Origin: Promethearchaeati archaeon SRVP18_Atabeyarchaeia-1
Lineage (GTDB): Archaea; Asgardarchaeota; Atabeyarchaeia; Atabeyarchaeales; Atabeyarchaeaceae
DNA length: 64,000 nucleotides
NCBI GenBank assembly: GCA_037308085.1
Contig: CP147779.1
Location: 1-64,000 of the forward strand
Direction of reading: 5' to 3'
The notes under the pieces: model-generated
The model's input: the letters and a program-made list of their open reading frames with translations, nothing else
Told to the model about the DNA's origin: nothing
Database searches by the model: none
Program-made: the position numbers and the translations under genes
Shown: positions 28,347 through 37,301 of the stretch, piece after piece
Layout: each line of letters starts with the position of its first letter
Numbering within the stretch: the first letter of the stretch is position 1

Positions 28347-29276
28347 TCAAGTCTGCGCGCGCTGCTTTGAGAGAAATTGTTCAACTTCCCTCCGTGTTGG
28401 AAGAGCTCGAGCTCCGATCTTAGCTATCTTGAGTGCAGCCACAGCACTTGCGAATCTTGCTGCCTCGATCAGCCCCTTTCCTTCAACCAGCATTGTAATA
28501 AGCCCCGCACAGAATGCGTCGCCTGCTCCTGTTGTGTCGGCGACCTCTGTTTTGAAGGCAGGGATCCTGTGGAGTCTCTCCAATGAATCTCCAACTATAC
28601 ATCCTTCACTTCCGAGGGTTATTACCACTATCTCGGGCCCAGACTTCAAGATTTTTCTGATCGCATATTCAAGATTCTCAGTGCGGTATATTTGGTTTAT
28701 CTCGCTCCTTGAGGAGATAAAGATGTCTACATTCGATAGGAGATCCTTGATCTGGTCGTATCCTTGGACGGCTATTAGCTCTCCTGGATTCAGAGACACC
28801 TTGGTTTCCGAATCCTGCGCTTTCTTGGCGGCTGCAGCCAAAGGCTCAATGTTCCTCAGGTCTGCAATATGGAGGAACTGGGATGATGCTATGTACTTAA
28901 TATCGATGTCTTTCTCGCTTAAAGCATTGGCAGCACCGCTGAACGCGAACATCATCCGCTTTCCTTCCCTATCCAATGCTATGAAGACCTGACCAGTAGG
29001 ATGCAACTTTGTGTTGACCAGACCAACGGTATCTACGCCCTCCTTTCTTAGGTCTTCACGTAAGAAATCACCTTCAGAGTCCTCCCCCACGGTGCCAATG
29101 AAGCCCGATTTCAAGCCCAGCCTTGAGCACCCAACGGCGAAGTTTGCAGCAGATCCGCCGGGTCTAACGTCTACGGATTCAACAAACGTTTCTCCATCTA
29201 CCTCTGGAAAGTAATCCACCGACGCTATCCTGTCAACCAGCAAGGCGCCCATGGCTATGACATCAATGTTTCGCAT
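28347..29276 (-). CDS. PfkB/ribokinase-family carbohydrate kinase
   Basis: PGGSAANFA, ITLGSEG, DTTGAGDAF. Confidence 0.92.
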   Translation of the reverse strand: MRNIDVIAMGALLVDRIASVDYFPEVDGETFVESVDVRPGGSAANFAVGCSRLGLKSGFIGTVGEDSEGDFLREDLRKEGVDTVGLVNTKLHPTGQVFIALDREGKRMMFAFSGAANALSEKDIDIKYIASSQFLHIADLRNIEPLAAAAKKAQDSETKVSLNPGELIAVQGYDQIKDLLSNVDIFISSRSEINQIYRTENLEYAIRKILKSGPEIVVITLGSEGCIVGDSLERLHRIPAFKTEVADTTGAGDAFCAGLITMLVEGKGLIEAARFASAVAALKIAKIGARALPTRREVEQFLSKQRAQT

Positions 29277-29319
29277 ATTGAATCAACCCAATCCAGTTCA
29301 GCATTATTAGCAGGTCAAC

Positions 29320-30303
29320 CTAGACTAGATATGAGTCCAATCCCCTAATCAACCGGTATATGAATTCCAGGCGAGGCGTATCAACGTTAAACTTCTTGGC
29401 TAGTAATAGTGGGTACCCGAGGAGTTCTTCCACTTCGGTCTTCTTCCCTTTCTCAACATCTTGAAGTGCCGATATCTTAACGTGAGTCATGCCTGATTCC
29501 TCAATCCGCTTGCCACTCTGCACGGTCGTCTTGACCGCGTCTTCTAGTGGCAATTCCGTGAGAGACTTGACAGGCATTTGAGGATAGTCTTTGAGTTCAA
29601 CTGAATCTGCCTTCGCGATTTCGGCTAGTTCTTTCATAAGTTGAATGTAGCACCATGAGATGTCGAAGTTCTTCAGTATCTTGTGGTACTCGAGTCTCGT
29701 TAGTATGGATAGGGCTGCTCCGGATGCCATTCGGAGTAGCTTTCCCCATTCGGCTGACCTGATATCGTCGACGACTTCCGCCCTGAGTCCAGCGTTGTTG
29801 AAGAGGCTCTTCATTTTCTCGGAACTCTCGATACCGCCATCGTGGGGTTCGCTGCCCAAGGTGCCGAAGAAGGTTACTCCAGTTATGGTATGCTCAATCT
29901 CGCCATAGCTAAGCAGTGTTGCGCCTTCCGTGGTTGTAGCCCCTATCACTTTTGCCGGTCCAAACCTCTCGAGCAAGATTTCGTTCTTAGTTAACCCATT
30001 CTGCAACGAGAAGCAAAGCTTCAGCGACGATGTCAGATGGGAAATGTCGCTTAGCGCGTCAGCGCTGTCCTTTGTCTTTGTTGTCAGGACTAGCACATCC
30101 GCGCCTCTGATGCTGGTCGGGTCGTCGGTCGCCTTCACTTCAACAGTGCGCGTCCCTCTGGGTCCTCTAATAATAAGCCCCCTTTCTTTCAACGCTTCAA
30201 CATGCTTGGGTCTGCCAATTAGAGTGACATCGACTCCTGATTCAGCGAGTCGCCCTCCGATTAGAGAGCCCAGCGCTCCGGCACCTAAGACAATGATTTT
30301 GAT
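29320..30303 (-). CDS. panE: ketopantoate reductase family (PanE/ApbA); extended upstream of the ORF-track start to a probable ATC start
   Basis: in-frame KIIVLGAGALG upstream of 30192, SLQNG, WGKL, SALQD..KGKKTEVE. Confidence 0.8.
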   Translation of the reverse strand: MKIIVLGAGALGSLIGGRLAESGVDVTLIGRPKHVEALKERGLIIRGPRGTRTVEVKATDDPTSIRGADVLVLTTKTKDSADALSDISHLTSSLKLCFSLQNGLTKNEILLERFGPAKVIGATTTEGATLLSYGEIEHTITGVTFFGTLGSEPHDGGIESSEKMKSLFNNAGLRAEVVDDIRSAEWGKLLRMASGAALSILTRLEYHKILKNFDISWCYIQLMKELAEIAKADSVELKDYPQMPVKSLTELPLEDAVKTTVQSGKRIEESGMTHVKISALQDVEKGKKTEVEELLGYPLLLAKKFNVDTPRLEFIYRLIRGLDSYLV

Positions 30304-30411
30304 TGCTCCTCCGCCTCCAATAACCTGTCGAAATGCTGGTCAGCCAGTTTCACGTTTCAGGACAGAGATAATGGCTTTTCGTTTAAGTGAAAGTAATGTC
30401 TGTATCGGATA

Positions 30412-30936
30412 CTAATCATCATCTGGAGCAGACGATGATCCCTCTATTCTGCTCAATCCCTCAGATATCACTGTTATGAGCTTCCGAATACGTTCTTCCC
30501 TGTCGACGAGGAGGTTGTAGTATTCCTTTGATTCGGAGTCGTTCTCTTCTCTGACAGCGAGTCTGAACTGGGAGCAGGCATCGAGGACTCCTTCGATAGC
30601 CTCCTTGGTCTCCCGTGTCGCTCTAATTATGCCCTCCGCTATCTCAACCACGGTGTCCCCATAATCTGTTGTTCCAATTCCGCTCCTGAAGTCTTCAAGG
30701 GCAGAAGCGAATCTGTCACATTTGGCGAGTCGGTCAGGTAGATGCTGCTCCTCCATCTCCCTGAGCCACTTCTGGTAGGCGTCTCGCGTTAGCGTTCGAG
30801 CCTCATCGAGAGAGAAGTAGGCAGTTTGGGGATAGTATTCGGTCGCTTCGAAATCGCGCCATTCACGGAAGGTGTTCTCTACCCTTGACCACGATGGGCT
30901 TGTAATTCGAGGAATCTTGCAACACCTGCCAAACAT
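30412..30936 (-). CDS. hypothetical alpha-helical protein
   Basis: 174-aa charged helical ORF, co-oriented with its neighbours. Confidence 0.6.
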   Translation of the reverse strand: MFGRCCKIPRITSPSWSRVENTFREWRDFEATEYYPQTAYFSLDEARTLTRDAYQKWLREMEEQHLPDRLAKCDRFASALEDFRSGIGTTDYGDTVVEIAEGIIRATRETKEAIEGVLDACSQFRLAVREENDSESKEYYNLLVDREERIRKLITVISEGLSRIEGSSSAPDDD

Positions 30937-31021
30937 CGCATGATAATGCTACTAGATATTCGGGCGATAATATGATTGTATCGACTTTGCATAATGAACA
31001 TAGCGGAATACTGATTGCGTT

Positions 31022-32641
31022 CTACGCTGACCCAAGTCTTTTTGAAACGTATGGTCCATCGCTTGAGTAGCCAAATCTCTTGTAGTATTCTCTTACGCCG
31101 ATTCCGCTCGTTACGAGTATCTTTCTCGTATCATATTCCTCTTGGGCGAACTCCTCAGCTTTCTCTAAGAGAACAGACCCGATTCCCCGGTGCTGCCACT
31201 CTCTCTCTCCTGGAGAATATCCTAGTTTCACAGCCGGTCCGTACACGTGGAGTTCTCTTACGATCGCCGAGGACACCTGCTTGATCTCTGGTCTATACGC
31301 GTGTTCCGATGGTATCCTTAGCCTTAGGAAACCAAGCAGGATATCTTGATGTACATCCTCGCAACTTATGAAGAACTCATCTCCTTCAGACGCCTCGTAG
31401 AGATGAAGTTTGATGTGAACGTCAAACGGATCAGGTTCGAATCCCAGAGTCTCGAATACATGCCCGACTTCCCGGCACCTTATACAGGGGCATCGCTTAC
31501 CCCTTTTCGTCAACTCTTTCTGAACAAGGTCATGAAGGTCACTTCGTTTAGGCCCTGCCTCGATGAGTTTTGCTGGAATGTCTCTCTGCATTCTCTGAAC
31601 ACGAATCCACGGGGGAATCATTGTCGAGACTTCAGTGAGCAGTTTCACGCATCGATCCGTATCATATGGCTCATATCCGCCTGATTTCCATAGGTCATAC
31701 AGTTTGGTTCCCTTCACAACCAGCGTCGGATATATCTTTAGCATGTCTGGCTTGAATCCTGAATCAGTGAAGATTGACTTGAAGGTCTCCAAGTCCCTTT
31801 CATAATCGCTTCCCGGAAGGCCGGGCATAACGTGGTACACGATCTTCAGCCCGGAGTCTTTGAGGATCTGTGTTGCTGCAACTACATCCTCTATAGTGTG
31901 CCCTCTGTTGATGAGTTTATAGATATCGTTGTATACAGTCTGGACGCCCAGCTCTACCCTTGTCACACCCATTTTCAGCATCTGTTCAACCTGCTCGCGC
32001 CGAGCGAAGTCGGGTCTGGTCTCCACAGTGATTCCTGTATTTCGTCTGGTGGAGGTTTCCGCAAATGACTGCGCTTCCGCGAGGCTTGACGACTCCTCCC
32101 CTGTTATTCCATCGAGGCATTTCTGGGTGAACCACTCCTGGTATTCTACAGGCATCGCTGGGAATGTTCCACCCATGATTATCAGTTCAACCTTGTCTGT
32201 ATTGTGACCAAGTGTGTTGATCTGGTTAAGTCTGTTGACGACTTGGCTCTTGGGATCGAAGTTATTCTGAATTGCCCTCATTGTCGCTGGCTCGTGACCT
32301 GTGTAGCTCTGAGGAGTGTCACCAAATGGTGATCCTATTCCCCCTGGGCAATAGATGCACGGAGAGGCTTTTGGACACGGATAAGGCTTCGCCATGACCG
32401 CCACGATTGCTATCCCAGAGTAGGTCCGCGAAGGCTTTGTCCTCAGCAGACCGAGAAGCGCTTCCCTTTCCTCCGGAGATGCAGCTGAGAGAATGTCAGC
32501 GTTCTTGGGCATTGAGTTCAGCGAGTACTCGCTACAGACTTCTGTCTTCAGTTTGTCCAATTCCTTCCTGTCCCTGGCCTTCCCTGCCAGAACTTCCTTG
32601 ATTATAGCCCTGTATGCTTCCGTGTTTGGGTCGTACGACAT
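31022..32641 (-). CDS. elp3: tRNA U34 5-carboxymethylation radical SAM/GNAT enzyme Elp3
   Basis: KPSRTYSG, CP....CIYCPGG, QSYTGHEP, MGGTF, ETRPD, KIYPT, VRELHVYG, QHRGIG, SGIGVREYY. Confidence 0.95.
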   Translation of the reverse strand: MSYDPNTEAYRAIIKEVLAGKARDRKELDKLKTEVCSEYSLNSMPKNADILSAASPEEREALLGLLRTKPSRTYSGIAIVAVMAKPYPCPKASPCIYCPGGIGSPFGDTPQSYTGHEPATMRAIQNNFDPKSQVVNRLNQINTLGHNTDKVELIIMGGTFPAMPVEYQEWFTQKCLDGITGEESSSLAEAQSFAETSTRRNTGITVETRPDFARREQVEQMLKMGVTRVELGVQTVYNDIYKLINRGHTIEDVVAATQILKDSGLKIVYHVMPGLPGSDYERDLETFKSIFTDSGFKPDMLKIYPTLVVKGTKLYDLWKSGGYEPYDTDRCVKLLTEVSTMIPPWIRVQRMQRDIPAKLIEAGPKRSDLHDLVQKELTKRGKRCPCIRCREVGHVFETLGFEPDPFDVHIKLHLYEASEGDEFFISCEDVHQDILLGFLRLRIPSEHAYRPEIKQVSSAIVRELHVYGPAVKLGYSPGEREWQHRGIGSVLLEKAEEFAQEEYDTRKILVTSGIGVREYYKRFGYSSDGPYVSKRLGSA

Positions 32642-32875
32642 AAGCCAAGATCACCAAGTAAGTGCGCATCCAACGATATGCTCCGCCAAGTAATAAGCAA
32701 ATTGATATTCTTAGCGAAAAGAGCTAGAAATAAATGTCTTTTTGAACTGAGCGGCGATCAGCCGCCGTTATCTCTGAGGCGTTCCGCATAAGACTTATAT
32801 CTCGGTCGAGAGAGAATATTAAGCGCACATCCGTTTTCGTGCAACCCCTAGTTTACTTAGGGGGAGGACTCAAAA

Positions 32876-33016
32876 ATGGCGACAGTGAAATGCACAGAGT
32901 GCAATGACAAAATGACTCTTCGCAGTCGCAAGTACAATGGCTATGCCTTAATAGAGACGTGGCGATGCAGTAAGTGCGGATGCAAGTCTAGAAAAGTATA
33001 CTTCATATCTCTATAG
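32876..33016 (+). CDS. 46-aa zinc-finger microprotein (absent from ORF track)
   Basis: MATVKCTECNDK...WRCSKCGCKSRKVYFISL; GGGGAGG RBS upstream; T-rich tract downstream. Confidence 0.75.
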   Translation: MATVKCTECNDKMTLRSRKYNGYALIETWRCSKCGCKSRKVYFISL

Positions 33017-33046
33017 AACGAGCGAAGTCCTATAGTCCTATGAGTC

Positions 33047-33063
33047 CTTTTTTGTTCTTTTCT
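33047..33063 (+). terminator. oligo-T archaeal terminator candidate
   Basis: CTTTTTTGTTCTTTTCT downstream of the microprotein. Confidence 0.45.
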
Positions 33064-33123
33064 GCGCAGTGGAAACCTTCAAGACTTGTGGACAGTGGAT
33101 TTTAGCGCTCTCTACTCTAGGCC

Positions 33124-33411
33124 ATGAGATTACGACTGAGATTTGGGTAGAAGTACAGGTGTGAACCAGACTTCTTGCTCGAAGGTCGCAAGGTCGAAGT
33201 CTGTGGAGTCCGATTTCGAGGATACTGGGAACGTTACCGAGGAAAAACAGTGATTTACATCAGGAACGGTTACATAGCGTATGTCATAGTGCCTACGCAT
33301 CTTCTCAAGACTGCTCAGGGCTATCTTCCGAAGCACAGAAAGGTTATCATAATAACGTTCAGAGCCTTTAAGGGGCACATCAGTGAATACGCAAGAATCC
33401 TGAGGAGATAA
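33124..33411 (+). pseudogene. possible PD-(D/E)XK-like nuclease fragment interrupted by TAG
   Basis: ATG 33124 is in frame with TAG 33148-33150, then YRCEPDFLLEGRKVEVCG...YWERYRGK...Y. Confidence 0.3.
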
Positions 33412-33731
33412 TCTCTACGACCCAAGAAAGGTGCCATGAAATAGTTCTGCCTTGCTTGACTCATAAGCGAGGGAAAGAAGTCAATTGTGACGACGAGAGA
33501 GTTGATCAAAACTGAAATATGATAGGCATACTTCGAGATCATGAAAAAAGAGAGTTGACTCGCACCCATGAGGCAAGCGGATCTCAGATGCTTGGACGTA
33601 TTGGGAATCCGATCTGGGTGCCGAAACTCCTGTGGCTGGGAATGCTTATCCAAAAGTCTTAAGACATCAAGCCCAGTCTTCTCAACGAGATCAAGTACTA
33701 CTCGCAACAACCTGAATCGCAGATCGCCTTC

Positions 33732-36700
33732 TTGCGGAACAAGAAATGCATTCGCAGAAGAGGCGATCCGATCAGGATAAGACATCATTCAGGAGTGAAA
33801 ACAAGCGTGATAGTCAAGGAACTTCCAAAGCAGCTCTTACTAAGAGAACTTGAGCAGAAGATCTTGGAAGAGTGGAAGCTCAACGGCACGTACGAGAAAG
33901 TGAAGCGACGACTAAAGGGCAAGCCCGTGTTTCGGTTTCAGGACGGACCGCCCTACACGACAGGTTCCATTCATTTGGGGACTGCTTGGAACAAGGTAAT
34001 GAAGGACATTGTTCTCCGTTATCGGAGAATGAGGGGGCTAAATGTGAATGATACGCCGGGCTACGACATGCATGGCCTGCCAATAGAGGTCAGGGTAGAG
34101 CAGGAGCTCAATATCAAGAGCAAGAAGGAGATAGAGGCGAATGTGGTCGGGTTTGTGGAGAGGTGCAGGGAGTTTGCGCTCACAAACTTGGAGAATATGA
34201 GCAGGCAGTTTGGCGAACTCGGGGTCTGGATGGACTGGAAGAAGCCGTACATGACTTTGAGTGACTCCTACATTGAGGGGATATGGCGAACAATCAAGCT
34301 GGCGTACGATAGAGGCTACGTGTATAGGGGAGTCAAAGTTCTTGAGGTCTGCCCTCGATGCGAGACTGCCCTCGCTAGGCACGAGCATGAGTACAAGACT
34401 GTGGAAGATGTCTCCATTTTCGTCAAGTTCAAGGTCAAAGACAAAGCCAATGAGTACATTCTGGTCTGGACCACCACTCCTTGGACTTTGCCGGCCAACT
34501 TGGCAGTTATGGTTCACCCAGATTATGATTATGTTAGAGTTAAGGTTGGAAATGAAGTCTGGATAGTCGCAGAAGCCCTGGCCACAGTCCTGATTCAGGG
34601 AACGTTTGAGAAAGACTTCAAGGTCATTGGTAAAGTCAAGGGTAGGGACCTTGAGGGGCTCCGATACGAGCACCCACTCGCCGAGGAGGTACCTGTTCAA
34701 GCCGAGTTTGACAAGAAGCTCAAGAAGGCGCACACGATCATTCTGAGCCCCGAGTACGTTACCCTTGAGCAGGGAACGGGGCTCGTCCACACTGCTCCCG
34801 GGCATGGACCTGAAGACTTCGAAGTCGGATCCAGAAATGGACTTCCTCCCTTCTCACCGGTAGATTACGCCAAGTTCACTTCAGATGCTGGCAAATATGC
34901 AGGGATGTTTCCGAAGAAAGCTGACCCGATCATAATTGAAGACTTGGAACGCAAAGGGTTGTTGTTATACAAGGGAACCATACAGCATGAGTACGCTCAC
35001 TGCTGGAGATGCCACAGCCCTCTCCTTTTCCAAGCTACTAACCAATGGTTCATCAAGGTGGCAACCCTGAAAGAGGAATTCGAGAGGAACAACGAGAAGA
35101 CTTACTGGGTTCCAGACTGGGCTGGGCATCAGTGGTTCAAGAACTGGATTGAGGGATTGCAGGACTGGTGCATATCTCGCCAGAGATACTGGGGAGCGCC
35201 ACTACCGATCTGGGTCTGCGACAAGTGTGGGGACGTGGAGGTTCTTGGCTCAAAAGACGAGCTTCTAAAGAGATCCGGAAGGGAGCCGAAGGAACTCCAC
35301 AGACCTTGGGTTGACGAGTTGACTTGGAAATGCAGGAAATGCCAAGGCAAGGGAACGAAGCGCAGAATACCTGACATACTCGACGTGTGGCTCGATAGCG
35401 GGTCATGCATCTGGGCCACAATGCCGGTCACAGCTGGATCAAAAGACTATGACAAGTGGGAAGAGCTAGACTTCATAATCGAAGGCAAGGAGCAAATACG
35501 GGGGTGGTTCAACTCCCTCATGTGCTCCAGTATGGTGGCGTACAATAGGTGGCCCTACAAGTCCGTCTACATGCACGGATTCATGTGTGACGAAAAGGGC
35601 AGAGAGATGCACAAGTCTCTGGGCAACTATATTGAGCCAGTGGAGGTCTTCTCAAAGCACGGGGTTGAGGCTTTCAGGTTCTACGTTGCCAAAGGAGCGC
35701 CACCTGGGGAGGATATCAGCTACAACTGGAAGGACGTTGCCGACACTGAGAGATTTCTCAACATAACCTGGAACGTCTACGTCTTCGCGTCGACTTTCAT
35801 GGCTGAGGCCAAGTTCGATCCCACGGAATCGAAGCTGGATGAAGGCAAACTTCAGCCTGAGGACCGCTGGATACTGTCTCGTGTAAATTTGGTGACTAAA
35901 CAAGTATCAGAGGCGCTCGAGAAGTACGTAATACCCGCGGTTCCAAGGCTACTGCAGGACCTCATAGTAAAAGATCTCAGCAGATGGTATGTGAAGCTTG
36001 TAAGAGGCAGGACGTGGGTCTCAACTTCAGGTCCGAGCAAGACCGCGGCTCTCAGCACACTATTCAACGTACTAGAGAGGCTCGCGTATCTGCTTGCCCC
36101 GATAACGCCTATTCTAGCAGAAGGACTCTATCAGTCCCTAATCAGGCCCGCCATGCCGAGAGCACAAGAGAGCATACACCTCTGCGACTGGCCGAAATAT
36201 GAAGAAGAGCAGATAAACCAAGAACTAGAGAGTAAAATGGATCGCGCCAGAGAGATAGTCGAAACAGCGCTCGCAATACGGCAAGAAGAAAAAGTGAAGC
36301 TCAGATGGCCCTGCCGCAGACTCCTGATAGTCCCCAAAGACAAAGAGCAAGTTGACGTATCGGAACTCTTAGACATAATCAGAGACCAAGCCAGCGTCAA
36401 GGAAGTACAGGTACTAAGAGAACTCCCAGAAAAAGACAAAACTGAGAACCTCAAGGAAAAGGAAATCCCATCAGCAACCATCTACCTCGACATGTCAACC
36501 TCAGAGGAACTTGAATCAGAACGACTAGCAAAGGACTTCACCCGACAAGTCCAAGCACTCCGCAAAAAGTACGGATACCACGTAAGCGAGAAAATAGAAC
36601 TAATAGTCGCAGCAGAAGACAAGCAAATAAGAGAACAACTAGAGACACAAGAGGAACCGATCAAGAACAAGATCGGAGCAGCAGAAATAAGGAAACTCCA

Positions 36701-36797
36701 GAAAATGCCAACAAACCTCCAAGACTACGACGCACAAGGCGAATTCACCTACCAAGGCACAAAAATAATAGTCGCCTTCAAACGAAAGAAAACTTAA
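33732..36797 (+). CDS. ileS: isoleucine--tRNA ligase (archaeal type)
   Basis: DGPPYTTG.IHLG, GYDMHGLPIE, WTTTPWTLPAN, GTGLVHTAPGHG, DWCISRQRYWG, EMHKS; real start likely GTG 33795 or 33807. Confidence 0.97.
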   Translation: MRNKKCIRRRGDPIRIRHHSGVKTSVIVKELPKQLLLRELEQKILEEWKLNGTYEKVKRRLKGKPVFRFQDGPPYTTGSIHLGTAWNKVMKDIVLRYRRMRGLNVNDTPGYDMHGLPIEVRVEQELNIKSKKEIEANVVGFVERCREFALTNLENMSRQFGELGVWMDWKKPYMTLSDSYIEGIWRTIKLAYDRGYVYRGVKVLEVCPRCETALARHEHEYKTVEDVSIFVKFKVKDKANEYILVWTTTPWTLPANLAVMVHPDYDYVRVKVGNEVWIVAEALATVLIQGTFEKDFKVIGKVKGRDLEGLRYEHPLAEEVPVQAEFDKKLKKAHTIILSPEYVTLEQGTGLVHTAPGHGPEDFEVGSRNGLPPFSPVDYAKFTSDAGKYAGMFPKKADPIIIEDLERKGLLLYKGTIQHEYAHCWRCHSPLLFQATNQWFIKVATLKEEFERNNEKTYWVPDWAGHQWFKNWIEGLQDWCISRQRYWGAPLPIWVCDKCGDVEVLGSKDELLKRSGREPKELHRPWVDELTWKCRKCQGKGTKRRIPDILDVWLDSGSCIWATMPVTAGSKDYDKWEELDFIIEGKEQIRGWFNSLMCSSMVAYNRWPYKSVYMHGFMCDEKGREMHKSLGNYIEPVEVFSKHGVEAFRFYVAKGAPPGEDISYNWKDVADTERFLNITWNVYVFASTFMAEAKFDPTESKLDEGKLQPEDRWILSRVNLVTKQVSEALEKYVIPAVPRLLQDLIVKDLSRWYVKLVRGRTWVSTSGPSKTAALSTLFNVLERLAYLLAPITPILAEGLYQSLIRPAMPRAQESIHLCDWPKYEEEQINQELESKMDRAREIVETALAIRQEEKVKLRWPCRRLLIVPKDKEQVDVSELLDIIRDQASVKEVQVLRELPEKDKTENLKEKEIPSATIYLDMSTSEELESERLAKDFTRQVQALRKKYGYHVSEKIELIVAAEDKQIREQLETQEEPIKNKIGAAEIRKLQKMPTNLQDYDAQGEFTYQGTKIIVAFKRKKT

Positions 36798-36839
36798 TAA
36801 CAAGAACAACGCAAAAAGACAAACAGAAAGCAATTCCCT

Positions 36840-37086
36840 GGGAGCGTAGCTTAGCCAAAGTATCACTGAGGGTTCGGTGATTCTCTAAACTGGCTTACTT
36901 TGGATACATCACAACTGATGTCTCCTTTAGTCCAGACGGAGCGCCGGACGAGTTCGCCAGTCGAACTCGGGTGAGCCTTATAAGGCAACGCTTCGTACAG
37001 CGGCTTTAGACAGCCGGAAGAACTAATGCGGGGAAAGAACCGCTGGTCCGGCAGAGCCGTGGGTTCAAATCCCATCGCTCCCACCA
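36840..37086 (+). tRNA. tRNA-Ile(UAU) with five BHB-type introns and encoded CCA
   Basis: exons 36840-36856, 36891-36895, 36938-36947, 36976-36982, 37012-37018 and 37055-37086 join into a complete 78-nt cloverleaf; anticodon TAT at 36979-36981. Confidence 0.88.
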
Positions 37087-37301
37087 TTTTCATCTGGCTT
37101 CTCGTTTATGCTCTCTGGCGCACAGGCGCGGGCTTCGGCACCTTAGCGCTCAAATCGCTCCAAGCTAGAGCTAGGAGTCCAGAACCTCCACCTAGCTTAT
37201 GGGTTTGTAGTATTCAAGCACAGCATAGTGCAAGCGCGTTCGTCGCTGGCATTTCCCATCTCATCCAAAAAAAAGGGGGAGGTGTGTATTTCTTTCTAGA
37301 A

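Noticed and set aside
28093-28992. 299-aa plus-strand ORF and other long antisense ORFs (34038-34805, 45249-45884, 42785-43375, 38460-39050)
   Set aside because: They lie antisense to well-supported genes and carry no motifs.
33420-33790. T-box-like leader upstream of ileS
   Set aside because: No T-box consensus, and T-boxes are bacterial.
36944-37051. Alternative anticodon stem CCGGA/TCCGG with one long intron
   Set aside because: It gives no valid 7-nt loop and leaves a 7-nt variable region; the five-intron parse satisfies BHB geometry and canonical lengths.
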